Source: Choristocarpus tenellus KU-1152 (Eukaryota; Protista; Phaeophyceae). Taken from it: a stretch of DNA of 55,366 bases. Every line of letters starts with the position of its first letter. Within the stretch, counting starts at the first letter, position 1. Positions 14,001 through 27,042 of this stretch are shown here, piece after piece. A model generated the notes under the pieces. It made no database searches and was not told the DNA's origin. It worked only from the letters and a program-made list of their open reading frames with translations. Made by a program: the position numbers and the translations under genes. Location of the stretch: assembly GCA_964200185.2 (NCBI GenBank), contig CAXNAD020000007.1, positions 1-55,366 of the forward strand, read 5' to 3'.

Positions 14001-17000
14001 CAAGTCCAGGCTAAACATATATGCCTCCAACCCAGAAGTCTGGATAGAGGTTGCAATAAAATATTAGGGTGAAAATCTGGGGAAAGAATTGATACAATTA
14101 TTGGAATCGATAGGCATAATATAGGTATTGAAATGTGTCTCAATTCTAGTTATTAAATAAAAAAAAACAAGAGCCAGATGGTGCACATAAATGTGGGTTT
14201 GGGTTTGTCATCTCCATAGGGTCACAAAATCAGATACTAACACAAAACCAGAGGTTAACACGTAGATATGGAAGATTGAAGTTGAAGAGTCGGTATTATG
14301 GTGACTTCAACTCTAGTTGTTAGTATTTATCTCCCACTCTAAAGCATCCTGGAAAAGGGTACGAGATATGTATTTGACCCCATTTTTGACCAGGTCTATC
14401 TGGACAAAAAATGGTTTGATCTGCTTTCCGACTGGAAAAGGGTCTACCTCAGGCCCAGGGAGGCACCACCTAAGTGTCCTTGACATCATAAGCAAGTCAC
14501 AGGTGCCAAAAGTGATGTTTCTGACTGAGAACACATACCATCATGTATTGGAGGATGAAGCTTCGCGGGACAGGAAGATTGATATTTGGCCACTGACATA
14601 GCGAGTTGAAGCACACAATCCTGTGATCGCCCCTGATGGAGATCAAGACCGACAATATGACAGGTGATCCCTGGAACCTCAATCCCTAGAAGGAAAAGCT
14701 TAAGAACCTCAATTCTTTCATCACAAATTTTGCATGTACAACAGGCATATCCCATGTTTAGACCATGAAATAGCACACACAACAAAGGTGACAACCAACG
14801 TTCCATGCACAAGTCTATACACTCAGTCAATACACAAGGACAAAACATACACTATATGCTGTGGGAAACACACATACCTTGGCATGGTGCCCACCCCTTA
14901 CAGATCCCAGCAGCAACCTGGTGATGTGGCACCCTACCCACCACACAGGCATTGATGCAGCAAGAATAGCATTCGATATGCAATGCCTCCTCCTGCAGGG
15001 GTGGTGCACTCCAACCTTCCACACCAAAAAAGCGCATCGTTGTTCAGTGCCTTCTGAAGGCGCATAATTGCATGAACATCATCTCAAACTTCTACTTATC
15101 TGGCAATAAAACACTTGGAATTAGAATGCACCAGAAAATCAGTCTAATATACAATTGGCCTGTAACATACAGTACCAGGAAAACAACGAGAGCCAATTGC
15201 TCTGTCAGATCTATTGCCAGCACAACAATTGAGGGCATATTTTGTATGACATCAAGTTTTACATCAACAATGCAAATCCATTTGTTGGTAACATCTGTTG
15301 CCATGAACGCAGTCGAGGACATTTTCTCTACAGTGTCCATTGTAAAGGAAACTTTCAGAACAATTCACTCTGGAACAAACATTATCATACATAACATGGG
15401 AGTGATTATTACTCAGAACATAGTGGAGCAACATCCCCAGAGTTGTGTCGTAAGGCAAAAATATATTATATTCCAGTCCCTGTTCTATAGACCAGAAAGA
15501 TTTAAAGGAACATAATAGAGAAGTGTGATACGACTTTGTAAGGTGTTAAAAAAAAATTTGATGTTGCCCAGGCAAGTGTGGACTGAAACTACGAGACAGC
15601 ACTGTACATCCTTGGACGTTGTTGCCCAGCACTGGCAGATTGCTTCCACTATCTCTCTCTTGATCCCATGTCTTACCAACAGAGGAGTCTTCTATGGTGA
15701 TTTAGCGTAGATGCCATATTGACATACTTACTTTCACGCTTGTTTTCTAAAAAAGACCACCTGTGGGGGTGACTTCTTCCAGGTTTCAGGAATTTCTATT
15801 CAAAATAGGTACGAAAGGGAGTTCACATTGAGAAATAGAGCCATTTTCCATTGAGAATGTGAATATTCACTTACACCTTTGCACCCACAGGTTTATAGAA
15901 TGTTTCTATTTAAAAAGAAAAAACTAATTTAGCCTGCTGATTCTTGACTAGCATATCATGAAACCAAAAGAGACACCGTCAAACCTCCAGTTCATACCTT
16001 GTCACAGTAAGCAACGTCATAGAAACCTCCCCTGAAAGTGAGAGAAGAGAGCAAGAGGGGAGACACAAGGCATGCACCAAGACAGAGACAAGGAAAGCCT
16101 GGAGTGTGCCAGTGCCGGGCTAGGCTGTCCTTACCAGAGCAAATGTGCACCATACTAAATGTGCCAGAGGTGTGGGGTCCAGCATTATTCTCATGAGGAC
16201 CTCAACTTTAGGTATGCTACACTGAAAGAAACAACACAGACTGGGCTTTTGGTTTGTTGCTCACGCATGCATTGGTATATCCTCTGCTGCAATCCTGGGT
16301 GCACCATCACATTTGAAGCAATAACAATGTCCAGAACAATGCTAGGAGTCCATTTGTCTTCAACACTTGGATATCTTCTGTGTACATCTATTGTCCAGAC
16401 AAAACTTTCTCACAATATCTTGTCCAGGAAAACGTTCATGGTCATTTGCCCAGTGACTTTGGTTTTCAGGAAACATTCATGCCCATTTGCTCTATAATAT
16501 TGGTTGTCCAGACAATGCTTTAACCTGTTAAAATTAGATAAATCATGTTTTGCAAGTGCTACACTGTCAAAGGTGTGTGCAAGTGATATTCCAGGCATCT
16601 GGTGGGTAAATAAACCACAGCATGTATACCCCAACACAGCCATTTTCTACTCAAAGTACTGAAACTTATCCCAACCCTAAGCCACAGGGGTGTAATGGGA
16701 ATCATACCAGCAGGCTGTAGTCCATGATCTTGAGCCTGCAGAGGAATTCTGTGTCTGCTCTGAGGGCCATCATAAGACTTTGCTTTTCCCCTGCACCCAG
16801 ATGGAGCCCCTTCAGTTGTCTTTGAGCCCTATTTACATCTCCAGATATGTCCTCCAGGTCCAGGTCTTTCATCATCTGTACAAAAAACACATGCCGTCTC
16901 AATAAGATAAACAACAGGGACAATCATAAAACACACACCAAAAACATTCTTATTTCCACAGCATGTGTTGCGGACAAGTATACATGAATCTTTGCGTAAG

Positions 17001-20000
17001 ACAATAGATGCTAGGAACGAGCAACCGAGATGGATATTATAACGTTCCATGCTTGAGGAAATGACAAGACTAACGTTCCCACATTTTGCTCATTGCACAA
17101 CCAATGACAGTGTTGCTTCCCACCAACTGAATCAATGGATTTCATTTGACAAACTCAAATATGCCCCTTGCCAGCATGGTTAGAATGACCACTCACTCCA
17201 GTAGGCTTTTCACTGTGCGTTTGTGATGCCCTCCTTCCAATAGTGGAGCCCTTGAGGTCATAGCGTTCCTCCACCCAGCGACTGGTGGAGAACACATTGG
17301 AAAACACCATGTAGATAGTCGACCTGGTTGTGTGCCCAAGGTGGTTGAACGGGGTTGGAACCCACTTCATAATGCAGTATTTGCCTTCTGTTCTACACAT
17401 TTGGCCTAGACTACTGGGAGAAGTTTCATGGTGTGAAGACTGAGTAACAGCACTGCGATAGCCACCACGATACATTTTCACTTTAACCCTTGCCCTAACC
17501 ATCAAGCACCAAGTCGCAAATCCAGCATCCATTGTAGATCATAGTAGCACTGGAATTTTCTTGGGGTATTATGCATATATTGTTCCGCGAGCCTCCAATT
17601 TTTCGGAGTTGAACTAGAGCAAATACAAGAAAAAATAGTAAACCATACTAGTTGAGGTGGGCATAAAGTCAAAAGATAATTTTCTCTCAAGGATAGGCCA
17701 AAGAAAGAATGATGCCAACGTTGACAGCATACAGGGTAAGTTGAAGGGTAAATGCTTTCAACCAGCTGAAATAATACATAGGGCACACAACCTAAACATG
17801 TTATATTATTCTTGTGTTGTGTCTAACGCACCCGTACCATGTCTTTTGCTAAACACAGAGTCTCAAAACTAGTAAAATTGGTCATGCTGGGAGGAGAATT
17901 ACAGTGCAGCAAGGTCACAGAGAAAAAAAAAAGGCAAGTTAGGGTTAGGGTCAACACAGAGGACACCACTACTTCACTGCAATATCAGTCTCTTCTGTAT
18001 GTGCCATACCGATTTGTCCTGGAGTCAGTTATTCGGTATGCGCCATAGCAACGTGAGATAAGAGACCCCCTGTTATGTGCAAAATGCTCAGCAAACTCTG
18101 GAAGGAAGCACAGCAGGGACTCCAGTTCATCCTCAGACTGTTGGAGCTCAAGCAAGCGCAACACCAGGCAAAGGTCGGGACATGAGATGAGGGGAAAGGT
18201 GGGATGTAAATGGGCGCGAATGAGCATTTTTGCACCACATTTTGCGTAGGAAATTGCCTTATTTTCACACGAATGAGAATGAATTTGTAAAAATTGATTA
18301 AGGGAAGGAGGTGTTGTGACATTCGAAAAAGAGGTAGAGGAGAGTTTAATGCTCTTAGTAGCCTTACCACAGGATTTCATTTCATAATTAACCACATCAC
18401 TTCACCACAATCACAACACCCAACACACAGTTTGGAAAGAGCATGGGGTCATGCCAGCAAAAGATACTGGAAATATTTTGATGTTTTCTGACACGATTAT
18501 GTGAAAGACAGTTATTGGCCTATTTCAAATGGTGGTCGTCACCACATCATGGCACTTCAATACCTATCAGCAAGCCCAGCAAAATTGAAGGGCCATAACT
18601 CAGGATACCGTGTTGAAAAAAGGGTGGAAGGCGATAGCTTCTGTGCCAGTCAAATCCAGAGGCAAACACTATCTTTTACCATGTACCTACTCTAGACCAT
18701 GAGTATATCTTCGTGCAGGCAACAAATAATATTTGGTGCATTCCTGATTGAGGCAATTAGGAGCATAATCCCTGAAAACAGCTCCACAAAACCATTGCTG
18801 CATGAGTTGCATAAAAGACTTTGAAGTAAGAAAATAACAATCTATCAGAGTTCATATGCTACACCCAGCTCACTTGTTTTCCTTACTCAGGCTGACAATA
18901 CTCTACTACAGTATGCTGATATTGAGGAAGCTAATCCAGCTTGATATCCATCCACACTCATGATCATATCAGATATTGAGATGCCACTACTCCACCGGGG
19001 CAAGCAGTTGTGGCAATTGTCTGCCCCGGTGGAGTAGTGACATCTCAACATTTGGAACAGGATATTGCTAACTCTCAACACAATATTTTTTCAGTGCCAC
19101 AACCTGTCAGACTTGTGATGCGAAACTGTTCTGATATGAAGATGGTCAATATTTTTAGTCTGATAGTTGCAGTTTGTGACACTCTCTGAATCTATGATGC
19201 AAGAAGTAAACAGTCTTTGCATAGTTTCAGGCACACCAAGTTGTGGTATTCTGTCTACCACTTAGAGGCAAAGAAGTTCAGTGTAGGACAAATTAGGGCA
19301 CTCTGTCCTTGATAATGTGCTCTGATGTTTATGAAACAGGAACTAATCACAATTTTTGTAAATAGTGTCAACAGATACTCATCACTAATTCTAGCCAGGG
19401 TGTGAACACAACCAACTCATGATAGTCAAATGACTATCTTCTCTTGTAATTCAATATTTGCTAATCTACACTTTATGCAATATTTACATTACCAATTTGC
19501 AGGTTATCCAATTTCTTCTTGTCAACACATTCAGATAAAATCACAACCTCAGGTATCAAGCCTTGCTCAGGAAGGAAAACTTCAAGGGAAGTATAGATAT
19601 TTTTTTATGGCTTGATGCTTAGCCTGGTCCGAAAATCATAAAATTATCAGTGAACCTGCTTCCATTCAATAATGATATTTGTTGATGGATATTAGCTCAA
19701 AGCAAAGCTTGGCATGACCAAATCAACACTGACTGTATATATTACAGGATTGCCCCTCTGATAGCCTATTCTGTTGGATAAAGGAGGGATGCATTGCAAA
19801 GTGCTGTACATTTTCAGGGAGTAGTGGTTCTATTAAAACACATGTCACAAGCCGCGCACCACACTTCCATCTAACCCATTGTTCCACATCACATCTCGAG
19901 AAAGTCTGGAGGTGATTTCTGTGTCCCTGATGCGAGAGTAATTTAGTACTCCCAGAGATGTGTACTATGTATCAAGTTGGTCAAATGGTGATAATATGTG

Positions 20001-23000
20001 CCTGGTTCCCACCAATGACACATATACTTCTAGACCTGGTCAACATGAGGTTCTCGTGATTGTGCACTTCACAAAAGGTGGTCCACACTTGTTACTGGGC
20101 AAATTCGCCAATGGGGGTTTCAATGCCTTGCAGAGGGCTTGCCCGCTACATGCATATATTTCAAACACTTTAAAGTACAAAGTGCTGTAGCAGAACCCCC
20201 CCCCACAAGATTGTTCATCAACCCCCACCTTAAGCACCATTATACCATTAAACCTGCCCCAAGATTTTTTTTTGTAGCAAAGGGTAGACCCAACTAAGCA
20301 ATGGGCATTTCAAATATGTCAAGACCTGGCCACTGTTTTGAAAACCTGAAGTCTTGCCACCATTTCCTACACTGAATCAACAATTAAGCAGTCCAAACAC
20401 TACCTGTGCCCACCTCGTTGTCAGAGCCCTTGTGTTCATCTCTTAACTATCTCAGCACAAGCTTACCGCACTCTTCAGCATGTATTTTCCATCCTCTGTA
20501 AAGAGAAAGCGTTGACGACTCTTGGAGTTGGGCGTCAGCTCTATGAAGGAAGAACCTTCTCGGAATGAAGAACAAAACGTTTCTGAAGATATCCCATGCA
20601 GGCCCTTGAGATGGGCTGATCATATATATGGACAGATAATGTAATTCCACAACAAGGCACAATAGAGAAAAAAAGAAGAGTTAACAGTATATTGAAATAT
20701 TTGCAATGAAAAGTAGCTGTACAAACCTTTTGGAGCTAATGTGCCTGTGAAAATAAACATCGAAACAGTTACTCTCAAAAATAGACTGTGCATTCTGAAC
20801 AAGTGCACAAACTGTGTGCTTGTCCCTTCTCCGCATTGCATTTGCTTTCCTCCACCTTACTAACCATCCAAATGACCCAATCATAGCACAAGGCTACTAA
20901 AATTACGATGCCAATTTTTCATGGATAGCCATGGGAGGCATACAGTATGTCCCATGCATGACAAGATAGAAACCATCATTCCTCTTCCGACAGAATATAA
21001 GGAATTAGCAGGTGTACAAGTCATAAAGTGAACATCATCACATTAACATTACAGGTTCACCACAACGGTAAATACTATACTCTTAACATATTAAAAACAA
21101 TCAAGACTTTCAAGCATACAGTGCTTTTTAATATTGCTTGTCTTAAGGTGCAGGTAACTTTGTTTCTGGTATTGGCTCCCTCAAAAACATTGTACAATAC
21201 TACGATGGAGTACATTGGACTAGACTCCTCTCAAAATCATAGTCATATCCTTACTATATTCACCATCAAACTGCACTAAAGTACATCATTGAACGCTGGA
21301 TACATTCTTCCTCCCACAACAGTAGAGTACTTCATGGAAGTCATTCCTCCTAAGCAGGGGCCTACTTTGCAGTCTGTAAGAACAGGCAAATGGCTTTTGT
21401 CAGACGAGGTGGTCCGGGTTGACACGATACCCTTTGAAAGGTGCCTACCCCATTGTCAGTGGTGTTGCTAGGGTTAGGGTCCTGATACTACAAAGTATAT
21501 GTAGGTTTCTGCGTGCCTCATCCCTAGCCTGTCCATCATCCAATGAGGAATTTGAAGAACAACTAGTATCAGGATGTTATGGACACAGAGTGAGTGGTGC
21601 CAACGGTAGTGATAACATTCAGCAGGTAGCCATTAAATGGATTCACAACTTACCCTACACATGAATGTTAGTGTTAGTCATCTTCACACTCATGACACAT
21701 CACATACTTGCAACTACGTGCCTCTTATGTAGAGTGGAACATACCGAAGGCAGGTGCTGCAAACTCCTCAAAGATGAAAGTGTTCTCTTTGCCATTGTGT
21801 CCTGATTCTTCTTCCCCTGACCCGTTGGACTCAGAGGTACACATTTCAGTAAGGCACACCTGCAAACACCATGTACAAGAAGCATACTCTTTGAGCTGGA
21901 AGAAGAGTCGGGCGCTATCTGGGTGGGGGGGAAGAATCTTGTTTTTTCTATCCTTTAGCGAAGCCAAACCTTGCACGTTGTATCTATATGATATCGATGC
22001 ATTTCTCAGCCAGTAGGAGGTGACAAAATGCAGGTAGGCACATGCAGAATATCCTCTCATACTATAGTATAATTTCAATCTTGTGTTGGAATGCTTTGTA
22101 TCAGTATTCATGGACACCCACTTATATCAATGATTCATACTGTACAGGGGTGTTCGTTGTTTTGAAATGTGCTTGTCCGAACAACCTTTCTCCTATCTCT
22201 ATCACAATAATGATGCACTTAGAGGCTGACAAGACCCAAAGTGGGGGACCAAGGATTACTTCAGTATACATCAAGAGATAGAATCTCGAAATTAATACCC
22301 AAACTGCATGCCACTCACACTTTGAACAGGATACATCGAGTGTATTGATTGTTAGACACAGGAAAAAGCAGCACTTACACTCCAAAAAAGGTTAGATGCC
22401 ACAATGACCAAATAGGATCCTTTTCACCTTGCAACATTTCTCAATGACAGCAGAAGTAAAAATAGTTGCTAGAGTCTTCCTAAGTTAAGATGCAGGTACG
22501 GCAGAAGCGGAGTGTTAAAGAACTCCACATGTAACATGTAATGAACTTGTATGACCAAGAGGGGCAATGGCTTTTGTGACACGGATGAAATCAACTGATA
22601 GGGCGATCTTGAGAAAAATATTGTATGCTTTGTAAAATGGCAAGTTCATTTGGTGCAAAAACTACGTAGTGCTAACACAAGGGATTCCGCAACGTCAGGG
22701 GCTACATTTATCTTAGATGTATGTCCCTCCCACCTTGGAGAACATCTCTGGAGTTGGCGATTGTTCAGAGTGCAAATAAACTGTGTTGAGTCCATTATGG
22801 ATTCCCTTCATCAAGACCTGGGTTTCTACCCATCTCGTGTTACTCAGGTCTCTCACAAGAGGTACAGCCCCAAGCTGCAAAGCAAGAAAATGGAAAAGTG
22901 AAGATAACAGTGGAGGGGGATGGGATGATGCAAAAATGTGTTCGTTGCTTGATTGGACACGCTGCTAACACCATTCAGAACAAATCCCAACATACTGTGG

Positions 23001-26000
23001 ATTCTTATCCGAAAAACTACCGAGTGGAAAATTATGGGTACTTGCTATGAAGAACGTTTCATGCTATGAAGAACGTTTCAAAGACAAAAGGAGCGTGCAT
23101 GCGAGGTGGTGATCGTGATCATTGGATTCCTATTGGAAAACAGGTCAAGTAGGCCCTTTCAATGGCCACACTTTACTAAACACGGCTCCATTCCAGCATA
23201 GAACGAAATGGTCGTGACCATATGGTCCTTCTGTGTCCCTGCCAACCAAAGGGTTGTCCAATGTATGGAATATCAACATACTGTGTGTTCTACATATGAA
23301 TATGCGGACCATGCAGGGATATTGTTCTCGTTCAACCTGGATATATTATCTTAGCAGTCACTTGTTTCTTGCCATTTAGTAGTAACCTATACTTCACGAT
23401 AACCGGGATGCTCAGCAATTCAAAGTGAACATTTGATTGATAAATCACCTCTCTGAGAATGCTGTCATTGGATACTAACCCCTGCAAAGTGTTCAGCTAG
23501 TAGACATTACCAGTGTCTTCAACAGTGTTAACAGAACCTAATATCCAGAAAGGAGGATTGTTCACCTCACAAGAAAGGGAAGGAGAAGACAAGAGGCATC
23601 TTGAATGGGATTCATGCAACCTACTGAGCATTTCTGCTATGTGTACCCCCTGTTGTGTTGGTCTCTACTGAAGTTCAGCCCATTTTTTTGCCACCAAATT
23701 TTCCCGTTTCCCACCCTTCAAAGGACACATGCATAGAGGGTGTTGGGTGTTTCAGTGGCTTACAGCCATATTGTTGATCTGACCAAAACATCTAACAACT
23801 ACTACGCACCACAAAACTAGATTGGTAATACCATGACTGAACTCGACCATATCAGATCGACTAAAATTTAGTGGTCAATTTATAACAGGATTTGCAGCTT
23901 TGATAGTTGATGCGTGTAGTAGCTGACCCCTTACCACGGGAAGATGCAACTGTGCCTAATTCAAGTATGGAACATCCCAAACCATCACCCAGAGTCTTCA
24001 GCAGGGTTCAGGTATTGCCAGCAGTACGGTATGACTAAGAAAGAAACTGTTTACTGCGTATGTGAAATTTCTCGTACCACTCCGCTGATTGGCGAATTCT
24101 TAGTGGAAAGCAGGAGATTCTGGATAGTCAGCAGCCCTCACAAAAAAAATGCTCTAATTTAAAATCTTGCTATCGACACTTGCTCAAATCAAAGTATTGC
24201 TACCTTGAACGTGAAGGAACACTGACACAAGAGGACCACTGAGGCAAAACATTTGTGCAACACAAGGATTCGTAAGTTAATACTTCAATCACAGCCTTAT
24301 TATAGACAAGAAATCCAATAGTCACATGCTCGAGTCATGATGCCTCATCAGTTAAGCTGTGTGCCCTACCAGCCGCCAATCTTGCCTAGCATTTGCATGA
24401 AAGTACAAAAATATGTGTCATAAGATTGTACCATGTACCTGTCACATATGGGGCTTCTAGTATCTTCCTTTGCATACTTTATTATGGTTAGCATAAAGTT
24501 ACAACAAGAAATAAAAAGTGAAGACATACACCACCTTCAAGACTACAGCGTATTGGTATGCCTTTTCAACTATTCAGCCCACTAAAACGTCTACATGATC
24601 CTGCTTCTCATATCACATCACATTCCAAATGGTGTTAATGATAGGATGGGAAGTCCATCTACAAAGTATCCTATCATCTGATGAGTTTACACATCACAGA
24701 AATACTTCAACAGTACGATTGAGGGGCTATCTTGAAGCCAGGAATAAAAAGTAAATTGGCTCTAGCCCAGATCAATTTTTGAGAAGTACTTGGTAATGAA
24801 GAACAAACATTACACATGTTATCCTAAGAATGATCACTTTCTACTATTCTTACAAACGATTCAAAGTTGCCCGCTCCATCAATGAGCACGTGAGTGTCAC
24901 AAAAGGTATGCTTGGCAGGGAACCAGGTATGAATGGAAGAGCGATGGCCACTGCCAAGAAGAATTGGAGGTGGTGCCGTTCAGAACAGTGTTTCTAGAGA
25001 GCCAATATGTCACATTTTTGTGGACAAAAGTAGCAGAGAGAGTGGAAGTACGGTCAGTATTGCAATGGCAAAGGCATTTGCATACCCACCATTACGGTCA
25101 AACTAAACAGGATAGACTAATTAGGGCTAACCATTCAAAGGATAATCAATTTGCATCACCTGATCGCAACTTATTGTACTTGAAAAAAAGTCTCCGTCTA
25201 TGCCTCCGTACATTTTATGGTACAATGTCAACAGACTGACAAGTTTCCACTATTACCAATGAACTGTACCTTACATTGCACACATGGTGTAACAAGGTTT
25301 ACTTCTCTTGACCACCCAACTCATATATTCACTACGGCTCACATTCAAACAGTTTCAGGTAGGTCGAAAACATTTTAAAATTCAAGACAAATAATGACTT
25401 TCTCAGTGAGCCTCTCAGTCCTTAGGAGGGTCTTTCTAGGGCAAGCACTTCTTGATTCTGTTGAATATCATTCGACCAATGGAGAGGGGAGAGCATAGAC
25501 ACCAAAGCTAACTTCTCCTAAAGTGGGGTCTTGAAATGCTGACTTCAGTTAAGCATGGGCAAGTTCAGGCCACCAGGTGGTTCATCAACAGTGGCATACA
25601 ATTGTATGGAGCATGCCAATTTGTTTGAGGTATATCCAACACAACTGCAAACTAATCACAGTGCCATTATCCATACTCAATATTGCTCAGTCCAAGGCCT
25701 TCCCAATGGTGTAAAACAATAAATAGGCACAAACTTCAAAGCCTAGTAGACACATGTTTGAGCCTCAGCCTTAGATAGTCAATCTCCAGGTGACAGGTTT
25801 CTGAGACACCTTGCAACACATCCTCAGCACAGCCCTACCCTTTGGCATATACTTCTATCTCAACTGGGTATATAGAATCTGGTCCTTGGGGAATGTTGTG
25901 ACATTCGGTACAAACAACACCTTCCCTTGATATGGGGAAACGTCTGTACTTTTCGCCTAATATCCATATGCAAGACCAATCACGATTGGGTGCGTGTGCG

Positions 26001-27042
26001 AATACCCTTTATGAGGCCTTTTCCTACCTAGTCCCAAACATGAGAAAATTGACATGGACAACATTCATGGCTTCAGCATGTCGCTGAACCACCAAGAATG
26101 GAAGTGAGGGGTGGAAGGCAATATGGATAATAACCAGCGGTCAATACACTCATACGCTTTAATGCAAATTGGTACGTGATTACGTTGCATCCTACAGTTG
26201 TATCGTACAGATGGACGGAATACCGAAAGGCAATCAACAGAGCAAAAGAAGCAATATAGAAAAAATATATCAATTCCTCTTGTCTCTCATCTGAATACCA
26301 TTCCGACAAATTCGGCATCCATTATGAGAGTATTACATTCATGTTCACTCCAAGGACAGAATGACTCGAGCGAGTATGTAGAAATCTTGTCGTAAGAGAA
26401 AACGACAAGGCGTATTCCACATTATGAACAAAAAACGATTTCATTTTTAGCGGTCGAGTTACGCATAGAACTAGCAGTCTCATATACTCATTACAATGTT
26501 TTGTGCTAGCAGCACAGATCGAGGCACAGGAGGCAGGGGTACAGGGGTCTAAATGCAACTCGACTTGGAACCATGGCTTTACTGTGAAAGGGTGCCTGGC
26601 ATTGTCGATTGTACTACGTGTCTAAAATAAAACCCAGTCTGTTATCATCCAACCTAATGTGTTACACATAACCCCTCTACAAGATAGGAAGGCCAGGAAA
26701 GCAAGATGTCAGTCACTACGATAACATCATACTGACGGACTCGAGTGCCCTGTTGGAATAACTGCATATATATTGCAGTATAGACCAATCTCTAGGTCCA
26801 AGAGGTGACATGTATCCATAATATGACTCTCGTAGATATTGGAGTAACAGAGCATACAAATCATAACCTCAACTCGAAGATGCACACACCTGTTGCGCTG
26901 GATCCACACGACCACTTTTTGCCATCCCCGTTAAAGTCGACTCCAGGAACCGCTCCGCAAAGATAGTCCATACCATACATCGTGCTATACCAAAGATGCT
27001 TGGCTTTTTGAAAGATGGCGCAACAGCTTCCATCCCTCTCAT
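916..27042 (-). CDS. Phosphatidylinositol-4-phosphate 5-kinase (PIP5K family), multi-exon gene; variable-insert exons not fully resolved
   Basis: Hand-spliced exons in transcript order: 26890-27042 (or 26890-26980), 21745-21859 (or 21745-21918), 20467-20615, 18010-18137, 17197-17323, 16708-16875, 16135-16154, 15998-16031, [unresolved insert exons], 7031-7098, 916-1048. All have AG/GT ends and matching phases. The product carries PIP5K motifs in canonical order: FEEFAAPAFAHLKGLHGI, NSKSRQRFLFTEDGKYMLKS, LPEFAEHFAHNRGSLISRCYG, RYDLKGS, KDLD, MDYSLLYGAH, GIIDVLQRY, KDLETRVK, ISAVPPQEYKERF. Glu in the activation loop indicates type I (PI4P 5-kinase) specificity. Confidence 0.9.
2599..2621. repeat. 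(AT)n microsatellite
   Basis: direct. Confidence 0.9.
7031..7098 (-). CDS. PIP5K exon with the GIID motif
   Basis: catcag| acceptor, |gtgagt donor; AGIYMGKEPGVVVYAGIIDVLQ(R). Confidence 0.88.
9400..10650 (-). mobile_element. Decayed mariner-like (plant DD39D-type) transposase in a PIP5K intron
   Basis: HTH-like TIAEDLGISQITMFHHLK, then HGDKKWFY, YIMKVMFLAAVG, FDGKIEIW, IFVQQDGAKPH, QPANSPELNINNLGFFHSIKQL; interrupted by stops and frameshifts; no TIRs identified. Confidence 0.85.
11025..11070. repeat. Compound (AT)n(GT)n microsatellite
   Basis: direct. Confidence 0.9.
14340..14950 (+). mobile_element. Second, more decayed mariner-like transposase remnant
   Basis: DKKWF at 14403, VPKVMFL at ~14505, RDRKIDIWP at ~14570; same motif order as the 9.4-10.6 kb element, opposite strand. 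Confidence 0.65.
15998..16154 (-). CDS. PIP5K micro-exons 16135-16154 (20 nt) and 15998-16031 (34 nt)
   Basis: tttag|TATGGTGCACATTTGCTCTG|gtaagg followed by ctttcag|G GGA GGT...AAG|gtatga; gives DYSLL-YGAHLLWGGFYDVAYCDK with phases 0->2->0. Confidence 0.7.
16708..16875 (-). CDS. PIP5K exon with KDLD and the catalytic MDYSLL motif
   Basis: MMKDLDLEDISGD...LRADTEFLCRLKIMDYSLL; tgtacag| acceptor, |gtatga donor. Confidence 0.92.
17197..17323 (-). CDS. PIP5K exon with the DLKGS motif
   Basis: STIYMVFSNVFSTSRWVEERYDLKGSTIGRRASQTHSEKPTG; phase 2->0. Confidence 0.92.
18010..18137 (-). CDS. PIP5K N-lobe exon
   Basis: SEDELESLLCFLPEFAEHFAHNRGSLISRCYGAYRITDSRTN(R); phase 0->2. Confidence 0.88.
18440..20260 (-). 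mobile_element. Highly decayed Ty3/gypsy pol remnant (RNase H then integrase, possibly a chromodomain)
   Basis: Fragments in the expected order on the minus strand: EIYA..ALK..TNHENL (RH TDH-like), CAACDMC (integrase zinc CxxC), SVDLVMP (SMDF-like), DRxP, HPFFN (HPVFH-like); many stops. Confidence 0.45.
20467..20615 (-). CDS. PIP5K exon with the G-loop region and ATP-binding Lys
   Basis: (A)HLKGLHGISSETFCSSFREGSSFIELTPNSKSRQRFLFTEDGKYMLKSA; phase 1->0; this frame is not shown in the ORF track. Confidence 0.88.
21745..21918 (-). CDS. PIP5K N-terminal exon (acceptor at 21918 or 21859)
   Basis: ...LQVCLTEMCTSESNGSGEEESGHNGKENTFIFEEFAAPAF; |gtatgt donor, phase 1. Confidence 0.78.
23043..23080. 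repeat. Perfect 19-bp tandem duplication
   Basis: TGCTATGAAGAACGTTTCA x2. Confidence 0.9.
26890..27042 (-). CDS. Probable first coding exon of PIP5K
   Basis: CAG|gtgtgt donor at 26889. ATG 27042 (phase 0) splices in frame to acceptor 21859, and ATG 26980 (phase 1) splices in frame to acceptor 21918. No homology support from the sequence alone. Confidence 0.55.

Noticed and set aside
15072-15515. 147-aa ORF / possible PIF-Harbinger GAID-like remnant on the minus strand
   Set aside because: Only one frameshifted, weak motif.
23230-26000. Possible further retroelement pol fragments
   Set aside because: Too decayed to assign by eye.
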